The notes under the pieces were generated by a model, which had not been told where the DNA came from, searched no databases, and saw only the letters and a program-made list of their open reading frames with translations. Of a stretch of 64,000 nucleotides of DNA, positions 42,082 to 56,224 are shown piece by piece. The position numbers and the translations under genes were made by a program. This stretch comes from the human T2T-CHM13v2.0 reference genome, Homo sapiens: assembly GCF_009914755.1 (NCBI RefSeq), contig NC_060925.1. One strand, given 5' to 3'. Each line of letters begins with the position of its first letter. Position 1 is the stretch's first letter.

Positions 42082-43691
42082 GGTAATAGGCCAAATACTC
42101 AAAGGTCAGACAAGGCAGAAGTGAGCAGATGCAGGCATCAGGCAACAAAGAGAGAGTCCCAGTGAAGGAAGCTGAGTGGTCCTAGCAAATTAAGTGGATC
42201 TGATGCTAAGCTTTCACCTAGGTCAGTCATCTACTCATTAGAGAGTCAGAATCTATGGAAAAATGTCCTTATGTGTAAACACTTCTGGAAATAGTTTTAT
42301 TTCATCAAATGTTTTCTGGTATCTACTAGGCACCTGACATTACCCTAAAAATGTCTACCTTCAAAAATTTCAAGTAGATTATCCAAGAAAGAACTATAAC
42401 ATTTATTTTACATTTTAATTGTTAAATTTATTTTTTATTATAGTTGTTAAATTAGAGGCCTTAACAAAAGTCTATGGGAGAGTTTCAAAGAAACCTTTCT
42501 CTTTGCCTAGGAAGAGAGAGCAACAATGGGTAGACTGAGAGTCAACTTTGAAATTTGGGTAGATATTTTCCTGGAAGACAAGTATTTTCACTACTTTTTC
42601 CAGAGTGAAATGCATAAGGATGGATACATACAGGATGCCTAACTTGTCTATACAATTCTCAGAAAACAGAGTAGCTTTGATGAATGGCAGATGAAAATAT
42701 TACCTGAGTAAGGTGAAGAAGGGCTTGTATGAGCCAGAATAACCTTGAGCCAACTAAGGTTTATTATACGTAATGAAATTATTGAAAAAGGATGAGAACT
42801 TCGGCATGCTGTCACAACGAAACTCTTGGGTTTATTTTTAGTACAATTCCTGAAAATGAATATTTGAGAGGGGGAAAGGCTCCAGGGAATGTAGCACACT
42901 GGCAGATATTTGTTCAAGTTAAATTTCACAACCATTAAAAATAAACAGAATTAGTTCTTCATTTTGTTGCTTTCCATGTCTCCTTTATTTTTACAAAATG
43001 CTTTTTTTTTTTTTTTTTTTAGTTTGTAGGCCTCTTTTTGTCTAACTGTGAAACATAATGTTTCACTGCTATTAGTGGATAAGCAAAATTCTCCCTAGAC
43101 TGCCATCAGGAAGCAAGTATGGAGCCAGTATGAACCATGGTATAGACTTGGAAGCAGATAGAATTAATACCTTCCTGAATGCTTTGTTGTGTTTTATTCA
43201 GCATTATCCATCTGTGGTACTAGACAAGTTGATTAACAGAATCTCAGACATCTAGAGATAATAAATCTTGCATGAGCTATCTGTCTAGATAGAGAGAAAT
43301 ATTCACCAAAAGTAGGGTGTGGCAGAAAAAATCCTGTCCAGTCATCTAATCCTTTAATTAATGCCTTTATTCAACAAGATTCCACTCTGGGCCAGGAAAT
43401 ATTATGGGTGTCATAAGGGATTCAAAGTTTGATGAGCTATGCCTTAAAAGTCAAAAGAGACCTCATAAAAACCCAGGAATACGTGGTAGACAGTAACATA
43501 CAGCAGCAGCATTCTGGGACAAACTGGTAATGTTAAGAGCATATAAAATACCCTTCTCTTCTGATCCAAGGGCTTAGAAGTGCCAAAGAAAATAGTTAAT
43601 TTTTCTCTTCAAAATATATAGCTGAACTTGAATGCTCTTAAGAAAGGGAAAAAACTTCATGGTACCAGGTAAGTTTAAGAAATCTACTGTA

Positions 43692-44019
<328 letters not shown>

Positions 44020-44399
44020 TCAAGGGACTTATTTAGGAAGATATTAGGGGTGGTGGGGTTTTAACATCCACATGTGACAATAGTTGAAACTGCAACCAGT
44101 ATGTAGAAAGAGGCAAAACAGAGATCACAGTCTAAAGTCTAAGCCAAGAAGAAGCTAAGTTCCATAAAGGGGAATTTGAATATCTCTGTTCTCTGGCTAG
44201 GTTGAAGCATAAAGCTAGCTGCCCACTTGGGTCCACAAATATAAGTAGTAATCTGTGAAATGCAAATCTACATTTGAGAATGGCACTTGAATTTGAATCA
44301 TGTGGTGTGGAAATACACAGATCAGAAACATTAGTTAAAAAACTGTAGGACCTGATTACAAAACCACCCTATAGTAAGCCACTACAATCTAGGCCATAC

Positions 44400-45420
44400 A
44401 TAGGAGAAAACAATCATACAGTATGAGAAATTCTGCTGTCAGTGAGGTGCAATGTGTAACAAAGGGGAAAATCTACATCAAGGGAATTAGAGATAAGAGA
44501 GAGAAATCAGAAAAGTGAGGTTATGAAACACAAGCAGCTATGTAGACATGAAAAAGAACCAAGAATAAATGGAGATAACCAAAAATAAATGTGGTTAGTT
44601 AAAAAAAAGAAACTAAAGAGATAGGTTAAAAGATATAGCTAAAGAGAGAATTAATTAATTGGAAGATAGAACAGAGAAAATCTTCCCTAAAAGAGCACAG
44701 ATATAGAGAAATGAAACAAAAAGACAAAAAATTTGAAAAATGGATTAAGAATCTCCAAAAAGTATCTAATATTTTTAAATTTTTATTTTAAAATAATTAC
44801 TGATGCACAGGAATTGTCTAAAGTAAATACCTTTAGGTTCAGCCATACATTTTTAGGTGCACAATGTAGAGTGACCCTTACAGCTATAGAGAGAGTGATA
44901 AAAGCACACATACAGAATTACTTAAATGAAGAGAAAAAACTACCTAAAAGCTCATTGATAGGAAAATGTATAAATAAATGTGGAATATTCAGATGAAGAA
45001 AAACTACAATTGTTTTAAAAACATAATCAGCCCGGCAGTATCTCATTTACATAATTACTCATTCCCTAAGTGTGGGTGAAAAAACAAGAAGCATAACATT
45101 ATACCTGTTATAAATTTATAACCAAAAAAGTTACTTATTTTTTGTGGAAGCATATATAAGTTTTGTTTTGTGTCTGTACTAAAATATGAATGGGAAAGAA
45201 ACACGGTAAATTCATGATGATGATTGCCTCTGGAGAAAGACAAATAAATATTATTTAACATTTAATTAAATAAATAAGCAATATATATTTTTGTATAATA
45301 TATACATAAAGTTTTATTTCTTAAAATTATAAATAGCACATAAGACAAAATTTTACTGATATTAAATAGCTTGAATATGAGTATTTGTTTTGTTATTTAA
45401 AAATTTTTTCTTATCTCTTA
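44400..45420 (+). mobile_element. Old L1ME-type fragments (ORF1-like and 3' parts)
   Basis: A-rich, with GCTAAAGAGAGAATTAATTAATTGGAAGATAGA and ATAGGAAAATGTATAAATAAATGTGGAATATTCA motifs. Confidence 0.6.
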
Positions 45421-45442
45421 AATTTCTCAAAATAATAATTGA

Positions 45443-45570
45443 GGGCTATGCACAGTGGCTCATGCCTATAATCCCAACACTTTGGGAGCCACGGCAGGAG
45501 GATCACTTGAGCTCAGAAGTTTGAGACCAGCCTGGGCAACTGAGTGAGACCACATCTCTACCAAATAATA
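45443..45570 (+). mobile_element. FLAM/AluJ left monomer
   Basis: GGAGGATCACTTGAGCTCAGAAGTTTGAGACCAGCCTGGGCAAC. TSD AATAATAATTGAG / AATAAGAATTGAG. Confidence 0.88.
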
Positions 45571-45704
45571 AGAATTGAGAAGAAACTTTTAAATTAGAGG
45601 TAAAAAGATAGAAAAGACCTTTGAGTTCGGCCTTGGATGACATAACACAGAGTTAAAAAGGCCTTCTAGGAAGAAGCCAGAGGGATATGACAAATCATTT
45701 CATC

Positions 45705-45890
45705 CAGTGATTTTCTAAGGTGGCCTATTGATGCTGAAGTGGGGAAGCTGACATGGTATGGGCAGAGCTCATGTGAGTAAGGCTCTAAACACCCACCCCC
45801 ATTTCAACCCCAACAGTTCAGTTTGTGTCTGTTTTTTAAGTTGCATTTGGACATAGAGTTCCATTCATAAACAATTTACTGTTCTGTAAT
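45705..45890 (-). mobile_element. MER117-like fragment (part of the donor for the duplicated segment)
   Basis: CCCACCCCCATTTCAACCCCAACAGTTCAGTTTGTGTCTGTTTT resembles antisense MER117. Begins CAGTGATTTTC. Confidence 0.55.
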
Positions 45891-45946
45891 CCAGTCCAAT
45901 TATCTCATTGAATCTCAGAGGAAAATGACTCAAGGTTAACATTGAG
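45774..45946 (+). repeat. Donor copy of 173-bp direct duplication (partner at 46844-47016)
   Basis: Colinear, gap-free match at offset 1070, with about 10 mismatches counted by eye. Confidence 0.95.
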
Positions 45947-46000
45947 AGCTGATGGTAGAGGCTCAGTTAAACATTGAGAGCTGATGGTAGAGGCCCAGTT
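45938..46000. repeat. 32-bp tandem duplication (AACATTGAGAGCTGATGGTAGAGGCYCAGTT x2)
   Basis: Direct reading; one mismatch between the units. Confidence 0.93.
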
Positions 46001-46723
46001 GTCATAATCTCCCCTCTGGGGCTTACCTTTGCTAGTTTCCCTCTGAGTTGAGGAAGTTAATCAGTGTTATGGACTGGACCTAGAGTTTATTCCTAAAATG
46101 ACAAAGAGATGCAAAATTCTCAGCATTCAATATGTTGGAACCTATGAAGGACCACTAAGGAGCTGCTGGAATATTTATTGATTGTATTATTTTGTTGCAT
46201 ACACAAAACCACTGATTTTAAGATCTGTTTAAAAATAGTGGCACTCGATAATTTTGGCTAATTGATATCTTTAAGTTGATATAGCATGTTATTTGTTAAC
46301 ACAAATAATCCAAGCCAAAGCTTTGTTTATGGAATTCAAGTGAACATACTTTAGTCCCTATGAAGCCTGAAAAATAAAGACTATGAATATGTTATATTTT
46401 GCTTTTTAAGCAATATTTATCTATACTTTGTACACTACTTTTCTATTTATAAAGTGTTTTCACATTCATTTCTCGTGTGATTCTCATAACATTGCTAGGG
46501 ATAGATATTAATGTCATCTTTGTTTTATGCACAAGATAATCAGAACCCAGAGAGGCACGTGCCACCCCTTGAGTACAATTCTTACATTGGTATTTGTATC
46601 ATCCTCACAGTTAACAAAGAACTTGCCTATATTTTATCTCATGTGATCTGTGCAAACAGATCAGGCAGGTCTAACAGAGAATGCCCTCTGAAAGTCAACT
46701 AATTGCTATGTGGTTCAAGCTCC

Positions 46724-47176
46724 TTTTTTTGCTTTTTGAGACAAAATCTTGCTCTGTCGCCCAAGTTGGAGTGCAGCGGCGCAATCTCGGCTCACTGCAA
46801 CCTCTGACTCCCGGGTTCAATCAATTCTCCTGCCTCAGCCTCCTGAGTAAGGCTTTAGACACCCACCCCCATTTCAACCCCAACAGTTCAGTTTGTGTCT
46901 GTTTTTTAAGTTGCATTTGGATATAGGGTTCCATTCATAAAGAATTTGCAGTTCTGTAATCTAGTCTAATTATCTCATTGAATCTCAGAGGAAAATGGCT
47001 CAAGGTTAACATTGAGGTTACAGGTGCATGCCACCATGCCCAGCTAATTTTTTATTTTTAGTAGAGATGGGATTTCACCACGTTGGCCTGGCTGGTCTCG
47101 AACTCCTGACCTCATGATCCGCTGCCTTGGCCTCCCAAACTGCTGGGATTACAGGCGTGAGCCACCATGCCTGGCC
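46724..47176 (-). mobile_element. AluS (Sg/Sc-like) interrupted by a non-Alu insert
   Basis: Alu sequence occupies 46724-46849 and 47017-47176 and is enclosed by one TSD, TCAAGCTCCTTTT (46715-46727 and 47177-47189). Confidence 0.93.
46844..47016 (+). repeat. Inserted copy of 45774-45946 inside the Alu
   Basis: TGAGTAAGGCTTTAGACACCCACCCCC...CAAGGTTAACATTGAG replaces a few Alu bases between GAGTA and TTACAGG. Confidence 0.95.
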
Positions 47177-47326
47177 TCAAGCTCCTTTTATAAGGAATTT
47201 TGGGTGAAGTTTTGACTTTGTAAATCTGCATGGTCTATGAAATACAGCTAGTAAACTGAATCTGAGGACTGTGTTAACTTCAAGTCATTGTTCCATTTTT
47301 TAAAATTTTTTATTTTTAGAAGATTT

Positions 47327-47350
47327 TATATATATATATATATATATATA
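47327..47350. repeat. (TA)12 microsatellite
   Basis: Direct reading. Confidence 0.93.
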
Positions 47351-48958
47351 AAATGTATACCCATACACATATGAAATCTCACAAAATTAAAGAACATCTG
47401 ATACCACATGGAGAACTCTGAAATATATTTTGTTCAAAAGAAAGCAAATAAGATACAATATAACTTTCATTTACAGAGCTTCTTTCATGCTAATCATTGC
47501 CCCCAGAAGCTTTACAGATCAATATAATAGGAGGCAACAGCAGAAAGCATATGGTCCACTGTAAATTACTAAAAAAAAAAAAGAGTTCTAAAGACATTAT
47601 ATGATGAATAAATTAAAGTATTCAGTCATAAATCCAATAAAAAGGGGGAAATTAAGAAGTAGTGAATAGGAGAAAAGAAAGGGCTCAGAATTAGCTGTAA
47701 AATGAAATAAAGGATACAAGTGACAAATGTGTGTCTCCAAGGGGCAGCAGAAGAGAAAAGGGAGTGTAGGGGCCTTGAACTCCTTCGGTAAAGTCTCCAG
47801 GAGCCAGAGTGAAATATTGGCAAGAACAGGGCCCCGCAAGGAAAATAAATATTGGGTCACTGCCTAGGATCTAAAAGAAATAAGGTTAAACCTAATGAAA
47901 ATCAGACATCAGCTCTAAAGAAAAATGTATAATACTCTGTTCTTTCTTTTTTCCGTTTTGATTGGTTTTGATAGGAACATGTGTTTATGGGAGGGCTCTA
48001 ATCTATGCATGCAGATGTTTGTTTTCTTTTAAAACCCTGAGTTGTTGAGGAATAGAAATGGGAGAACACTGTGCTGGGAAATTTGCTTAAGCCAGGGCAA
48101 ATTTTGTGGGATGTTAAATGTTGGCATGCAAATAAATGATATTCTTAACAGTATTTGTATGCTCTTTATATGTTTTGGAACCCAGAGATCCAGGATTTTG
48201 TCTCTGAGGCCCACAGATGAGGCAGGTGAGCCAAGAACATTTGTTAAGTCCTTTATTTCAACAATATTAGGAGGCTGGAGTACCAGTACCAAAGAAGAGT
48301 TTGTATAGGTAACTAGATCCAGGTTCCAGTGCTGGCTGCTACACCAAGAAGGCAGAGCAGATTAAGTACCAACAGTAGATGATTGTTGTGCTCATAATAC
48401 ACAATTCCTAATTTTGTAGTTTTAATTCATATACATTTGTCTATGGATTTTAGTAAAATTAGGAGCACTATTATGCTCATAATGTATGATGTAGAAAAAA
48501 CATTAAAACTGAAGTCAACATGCAATATATGCATATGTACATAAACACAAATATGCATACCTACATACATACAGTGAGGATCACAGGGAGGCAAAAGGGA
48601 CCTTCAATAGAGAAACACTGCCTTGCTAGAAGACGGAAAGGAGAAGGAGACCAGGAATGAGAATACAGCCCTCTGCATAGTTATGATTGATAGCTTCCAA
48701 AGTTGTTTTTCTATTTACTCATTCATTCGATCACTACACATTTATTGAACATAAGCCAAATATCAGGCACTGTGCATACAAAGTCGGCATACAAAGATGA
48801 ATTAGGCACTGACACCATCTTTGGGCTACTTGGAATCTAGAGAAGTTATTTTCAAGCAAAAAACACTGAAAAGAGGAAAGGAAGTTTTTTTTTTTTAATG
48901 GTGTGATTGAAAGTGAAAAGGAGGTCAGCTCTAATGGAAAGTAGAAAAATAAAATGTG

Positions 48959-49276
<318 letters not shown>

Positions 49277-52200
49277 TCAGAAGCATTCAAATGCAGGAAG
49301 AGACATCAACCACAATAGAAAATGAGTGTAGGGGTGCCAAGGATAGGCCTGCTACTGCTTTCAAATATGAAGAAGGTCAGATTTTCACAAAGTGAAATCA
49401 GCTCGCAGAAAAGGAAAGTTTTTCACCTTCCTTGCTCTGTAGCCTGGAGGGATAGGGCAACAGGGGACAAATGCTGTCCATTTCCCTTTTGTTCTAGCAC
49501 TGAATGGAGTACCTTTTAGGGCAGATACTCGCTCTGTTTTGGTTCAACTGAAATGTCCACCCAGATCCCACTCTTGCTGGGTCAGAGCAGTAGGAAGCAA
49601 TGGGTGGAGAGGGGAGGATTGGCAGCATTTTCCTGATGGCCACTAAAATTCTCCAGAGAGCCATCTTCTGTCACACACGCAGCATGCATCTATGCTTTGT
49701 CTTGTTGAGGTAAGAGAATAGTCTGATTTTTATAATCTAATATTTTTTTTGATGGGTTTCTTTGTTCTCTTCAGACCTTTTTTTTAGAGCATCTCTTAGT
49801 TAAATAAGAACTTATTTACACTACTGCTTATCAGTGCCCCTTTATATCCTCCATATTTGGTAGCTTATTTCCTTTTTCAGCCAAGATTACTTTAGAAACC
49901 ATTATAATTCAGGTTAGAAGAAAAGCTATAAGGAAGGCCAGAAATAGAATAGATGGAAGAATATATTGACAAAAATAGTTGTCAAATTGCAGAGAAACAA
50001 GGAAGAGAATAAGGAAATATGAATAGTATTAAATTCATATTTAATTCACTTAAGGCAATGTATACTAACATCTATGCAAGAAAGAAAGAACATCAACCAC
50101 AAATCAAATGCTTTTGAACATTTTCTCAGATAGTAGAAAATTATTTTGCCTTAAACTGTAACTATATTTTTTTCTCCAGAAATCTGAGTGAACAAGATGA
50201 CATCGAAAATTAAAAAACAAACTAAAAAAACAGGCTTTAGAGACAGCTCAATACTTCTACTGTTTGCTCCTTAAGAAGTTTTCCAGAAGTGGTGTTTTGG
50301 TATTCATGGTTTCGGATGCTAACAAAAAGAAAAGACAAGAAAACAAAATGTGCGCTTGCCTTCACTTTCCCAGATTGAGGAAAACGGCTCTTCTTTTTTC
50401 TCCTTCATCAAATGCTTTTTTCACCTGCAGAGGTCTCTCTCTGGCTCTCTGCTCATTCTGCCAGCATATCTCCTAGGGCCATCTTCCTTCATTCATTCCA
50501 ACAAGATCTTCATCGGTGCCAAACTCCACTGAGACATGTGGAAGCATTTTGGAAACAGGGTTTCTCTTGGGGTCTAAGTGCAGATCACCACAATATGAAA
50601 CAAAACATTTGACTACCAAACTGATTTACAGCAAACAAACTATGAATTGCAAAGTCTCATGATCTTTAATCACATCACCACTTAGGCCTGATACCATTAA
50701 CACATTGCTGTGAACTATGGCAAACCTTATGCCCAAACTGTAATGATGGTTCCAGAAAGAATTATCCTTTTGCTTGTTACACTTATATTGGATATCAGAT
50801 TGTAAAAATGTCTGAGAGTCACCCACACTGTTCTGGAGGGCACAAATTAGAACGGGTCAGGGGGAAGTGCAGTGAGGAAGGAGAAAAACACAACCATCCA
50901 ATATGATTTTCTCAGCAAAAGAGACAATATTTCCAATGTCTAGATGCCTATTTAATTATTCCACTTAAGTTCATTCTTAGAGGGGTCTTGTCAATAAAGT
51001 CAACCCAGGCTCTTGGTGTGTAACAGCGTTTTTGAGGGTCTTGAGAGCTTCATTAAAAGCAGACAGTTTCTCTAACCTTTTAGCAGAACCTGTTATCTGA
51101 TGACGTGAATTAAAGTCTCTCAAATGACTAATAATCATATCAGGGCTGCCATGTCAGCTTGTAGATTTGAATAAGAGGGTCTGAAAACATTTGCATGCCT
51201 CAATGTGCCAGTGCTAAGAAGCTAATGTGATAGTGCTGTCATAAAGCACTGGAAAGACATGACTTAATGTAATCTGTCATGTCATATGCTAATCTTCAAC
51301 CATTACTTGAGTGCTGTAAGTAAGTAGAAAGCATTTGGGAGAAATCCTTTCCAATTTCTCTGAGTACCACTTCTGCTGCTGGTCAGCTCAAATGGGTTTT
51401 GTGCATTTAATGCAGAGCTCAAGTCAAGTTGGTTTAGGTCACACTTAATTAACCAGCACACGAATGGGCTGGGCCATGAGAGCTCTATGGAAAATGGTTA
51501 TTTCAGAGGCGGTCTAACAAGTAAATATTTCATATGCTGAAGGAAATGGGAAGAGGATACTTTCTTATTCCTTGATAAAGAATATGTTCTTTTCAGAGAA
51601 AACACTATGAATCTTAACAAGACATCATTTTGGTCTCTGCTTTCCTCCTTCTATATTTGAGTTGAGTTTATAGAAAGCAGATAATAAATAGTTAAAAACA
51701 TCACTCTCACTTTGATACCAAGCACTCTATTCAGCAGATGTGGACTTATCACTCAAATAATAGAGGCTGCTTTGACTCTAGGTCCATAGAAACAGAGGAC
51801 AAGTAATCAAAGGGAGATATCCACTTGGCATGCTCTTTAACAAGATGACAGTGTCTCTTAATAGACAGTCATTAAGACAGGAGACTGGTGTCAGGGCTAA
51901 GTACAGTTTGTGAAATAGACAGTAACTGAGACTAGAGAGACTGACAAATTTTTGTCCAATTTTTCAGGAAAGTGTGCAAGGGATTGTGATTCAAAATATG
52001 AAGTTTATTTTTATCAGCCACACTGAGTCAAGTCAAAAAGATGCTTAAGAACTTGAAGAACTGCCTTCTGGAATAGGATTTTTGAGGATGCTGAGCAGAT
52101 GGCATGAGATTGGCCCCAAAGATACTGCCTGAATTTCCCAGCATTCGTACAAGGCCCGCTATTGGTAACCCAAGGGAACTTTCATGCATGTGGGAACTGG

Positions 52201-55200
52201 CTTTTTATAGGTCTAATTAGAAAGCACAGGCAATTCCCACCTACAACATTAAAAAATGCTTCTGTGAAAGCATTTTTTTCTTGAAAAATGTGTGTAAAAT
52301 TTACAGAAAAAATTATTATGAATCAAAATTGATAAAGATGTGGTCATATTTTCCTAACAGTTAAGATTGTGCTAACTTAGGGGCTATTTCACAGAAAAAG
52401 AATAAAAACCTTATTACAGAAGTGGTGTGTATGCACTACTTACAACTCTTCCAGAATATCATGACCATCGATCATGAGTTGATGGTTGCCTAGCATAGCT
52501 TCCTCTTCCTTTATGTCTGCTTATAAAATTGACATTTCAAAGAAGTTAAGGGTGAGGTTGATTCCTGGTGCTAGTGAAATGTGGCTCCTTATCTAGTTCT
52601 TTGCTTCTGACACAACCTAATCAGCAGGGGACCCTTCATCTGAATTTTTCAGCTCTCATTTAGCCTCGAAAACTGGTCACATGACTTTGTTTGGCTGGGT
52701 AGAAGTTGGTCTCATTGGCACCAGTTTCCAAGGCCAATCATCGTTTGGACTATCTTTTTTATAGAGCACTTTCAACTCAGTCCAAGCATCTTGCATTTGT
52801 ACATGGCTTGCACTGGAAAAGTTCGTTATGATTATTAAAAGAACAAAGTAACACATTCCTAGGGTTTGAGGTCAATGGCTTCACCTTCCAAATGAGGGCA
52901 ATAAAATGTCTTCCAAGTCCTCTGGGGACTTATCAGCTTGAGTTTAACATCACAAAAATCTGTATGACTAGGTCCCAGAAAATGATTCTTCCTAACAACA
53001 TTTAGCCATTAGCCAAAGCAAGTTTTTTTGTTGTTTTGTTTTGTTTTTTTAAATATCTGTCTGCTCCTAGAGGACTATCCAAATAATCCGTCTGAGTTTC
53101 TTTCACCTAATTGCTGTAACTTCCTGATGGCCTCTCAAACTTTTGACTCCACTGACTTAAGTTATTCTCTACCTTGCTCTTTTTTTATTCACCTCTACAA
53201 TGCTCACACTTTCTGGGGCTCATGATCACCCTTCCCATACCATTCTTTAACCTTCCTTCTTAAAAAGAAAAAGACTTTTCCTATCTCTTCTTCCCTATGA
53301 TTTCTTAATCCATAACTTTGCCAAAGCAGTCTCACTCTGAGAAGCCTCAAACTACGTCCTTTTTCATCATTGAATTAATATTTTCTCAATTTGTCTGGGA
53401 AATATTCCCAGGTTAATCCAGCCAACTATTAATATTATCCCTGACCCTGTACTGAGCATTTTCATACCTTCATTCATTCAACACCTACTGTGTCACATGT
53501 TGTGCTAGACGGTGGAGATGGTGATGAAATGGGGAAAGAGTTCTTATTCTCATGTTCATTTTGTGTTAAATCTTATGAAAGCCATATAAATCATGTTGGC
53601 TGTATATTCTTCCAATTGACTTATGTCATGTTCCTTAAGGGTCCTGTTCAGGGAAGACTTGCTTGAGCAGGCCTACTATTTTATATGTAAACATATGTAT
53701 GCTTTTGCTCCTTCTCTGTTTACTACCTTCCAAAGCAGCCTGCGCAGTTTTCTCGTGGAGGTGCTCATTTCAGTTCTGCAAGGACTTGCTGCCCTTTAAG
53801 CACCTATTGTGTAAATAGCACTGTGCAAAGCAGTACAGAAGACAAAAATGAATTATGACGCATGTCCCTGACATCAAGTGGTTTGTAGTCTTCAGTAGAA
53901 GTTAATACTTTATACATTAGACAATGGAATGACTCAAAGACAACATAAAGTGCCAAACTGAATATTATTTGTTTGGATCAGGAGGCATGGCAGAGCTGGA
54001 ACATACACGTGAGAACTCCAGGTGGTAGGACAAATGAGGATTGGCTAGAATTTTTCAGAAAAAGTCTCACAGAATATTGATGAGAGACTACATAAAGTAG
54101 CCCATAAGTATTTACACATTTGTCATGAATTGAGTTCCATTATAGGAGATTAGGGAACCTTGAATGCACAGTATGGATCCTGGTGGGGTAGAAAGGGAAC
54201 AACAGAAATCAGTAGGAAGATGAGATCCTTAATGTAAAGGGAGCAGAAGCAGGGAGAAAGCAAGGCAAAAAGCATGGGACCTCAGAACTCTGAGATAATA
54301 TATCACACTAAAGTACTGTATTTACTACTCTATCACTAAGATCAAACCTCTTGCCATCAAAAATAAACCAAACTGTGATGCAAGTGGTGGAAGATCCTAG
54401 GGTACCTAATGCTGGCTCACCAACTAGGATTTTTAAATTAGGCCAGTACCATTCCCCTATTTTATGTATTGTTAAAATATAAATTTCTAAGAATTATTAA
54501 CTTTCTATTGTCTTCCTTATTAAGATGCCTGTTTTATGGGTAGGCATAATATAGACTCAACCAGTTTCTGCTCTTCATTCTTAGTTGAGAAATTTGAGTT
54601 TTCCTGAATGCTCACTAGTAAAGGCAGTTCATTCATTTCTGAATCAAGTTTTTGCTTTTTAGAGGCCATAGTGCCTCTTCAGCCCCTCTTCAGCTTCCTG
54701 CTGCGTTTCTGTCCAAGAACTTAATTGTTAATGGCTCCCAGCTGTGTCACAAACTTCACTTCTTTAACCCTTTCCTTTCTGGCTGCCAATTTGTATCCTG
54801 TGCTTAAGATGTCAAGTCCTCACCTGTGCACTCTTGGTAGAGGTAAGGAGTTGATGGCTAGGTAGAAAGATTCAGGAAAGCACATATGAATTTTACTGTA
54901 TCTAAAACTTTGTCATGTATACACTGCTACTCCAGTCTCTTAGGTTGAGGGGAATATGTCAACTTTCACACTGAACCTTGGACAGCAGCATCAAAAAAAT
55001 CTCTTTTCTTGTTCCCATGTATTCTTGATTCATATTTATATATGTATGTATCAGCTGCCTCCTTAAGGCTGTAATTTATATTATCTGTACTTGATCCTTA
55101 CTGGCAATTCTTCAGCTCCACCTCCACTTCTCTATCTTGCCTTGATGAGCTATAATCTTTCATGAATTTCAGCTCAAACCCCCAATGACTCCTGATGTCA

Positions 55201-56174
55201 AACCTTATCCATGTCAGCATCTTAGCACCTGTGAAAATCGTCCCAATTGTCTTTTAATTCCTGCCCCTACTCACTGATGGTTTACGTTACAAAGGTATAC
55301 CTCAGGTAGCCGAGGCAGAATTGGTTTCATTCTTCATTCTGTGCTTTTTTGTCATGAGAAGTTTCTTTCTTTTCTCTGAGAAGTGCCAGGTATTAAGAGC
55401 CTACTACCTCTCTTTCTTGTTCTTCAAATTCCCCTAGAAACTTGTTTATTCTCTTCTGATTTCCTACTACTTCCAGTCTTCCAAGGCCTGCTGGGCCCCA
55501 GCTCTTTTTATTACTTCTGTTCCAAGTTCTCATTGCATCAGTCAACAAATTCCAGTGGCCCTGGCTGTCCTCACACACAGTGTGCTACTTTCACGTGTTA
55601 CTCATGGCATGAACCTGGCCCTCAAGCCTTCAGCTTGCCAAGGCTCTTTTCCCTTCCCAATCTATTGCTGGAATCTACACTCAGTGGTAAGCATCCTTAA
55701 GATTTTCTCCCTTAGAAATGACCTCAGTTAGCAGCTTAGGAGTCAGCTACTTGGATAATAACAAACTCCATATCTCTTCCTTATGGCTCTGTACACTCAA
55801 CATTGCCTTCAGCTTCTTTGGTGACTAGAAAGGAGTACTTAGAAGATTCTTTAAATACTGAAGGAAGGATGGTACTAATATTTATTGTCTACTATTATTC
55901 CAGGCCTTGTACAAGCTTCATGACACTTAATTAACAATTTGTATATTAACTTAACCAATATTTATCACCTACAACAACTAGCATCTATTATTCCATTTCA
56001 AGCACTGAACTGTAGCACTTCATCATTTATTTTCTCGTTTTATCTTCATGTAGCCCTAAGGGGTAGACACTCTTAATATCTCCACTTTACAGAGAGGAAG
56101 TGAGGCACAGAGAAGGGGAGTAATTTTTCCAAGGTTACCCAGCTGGAGGAATTTAAGTGAAGGGAGCCTAACTC

Positions 56175-56223
56175 CAACAACCATGCTTTGAGGCAACAAC
56201 CATGCTTTGAGGTAACAACCATG
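56175..56223. repeat. 19-bp tandem repeat, ~2.6 copies (CAACAACCATGCTTTGAGG)
   Basis: Direct reading. Confidence 0.92.
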
Positions 56224-56224
56224 A

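Noticed and set aside
45938-46000. Short direct repeats as a CRISPR-like array (also 56175-56223)
   Set aside because: Two or three abutting copies with no spacers, in a mammalian context. These are simple tandem duplications.
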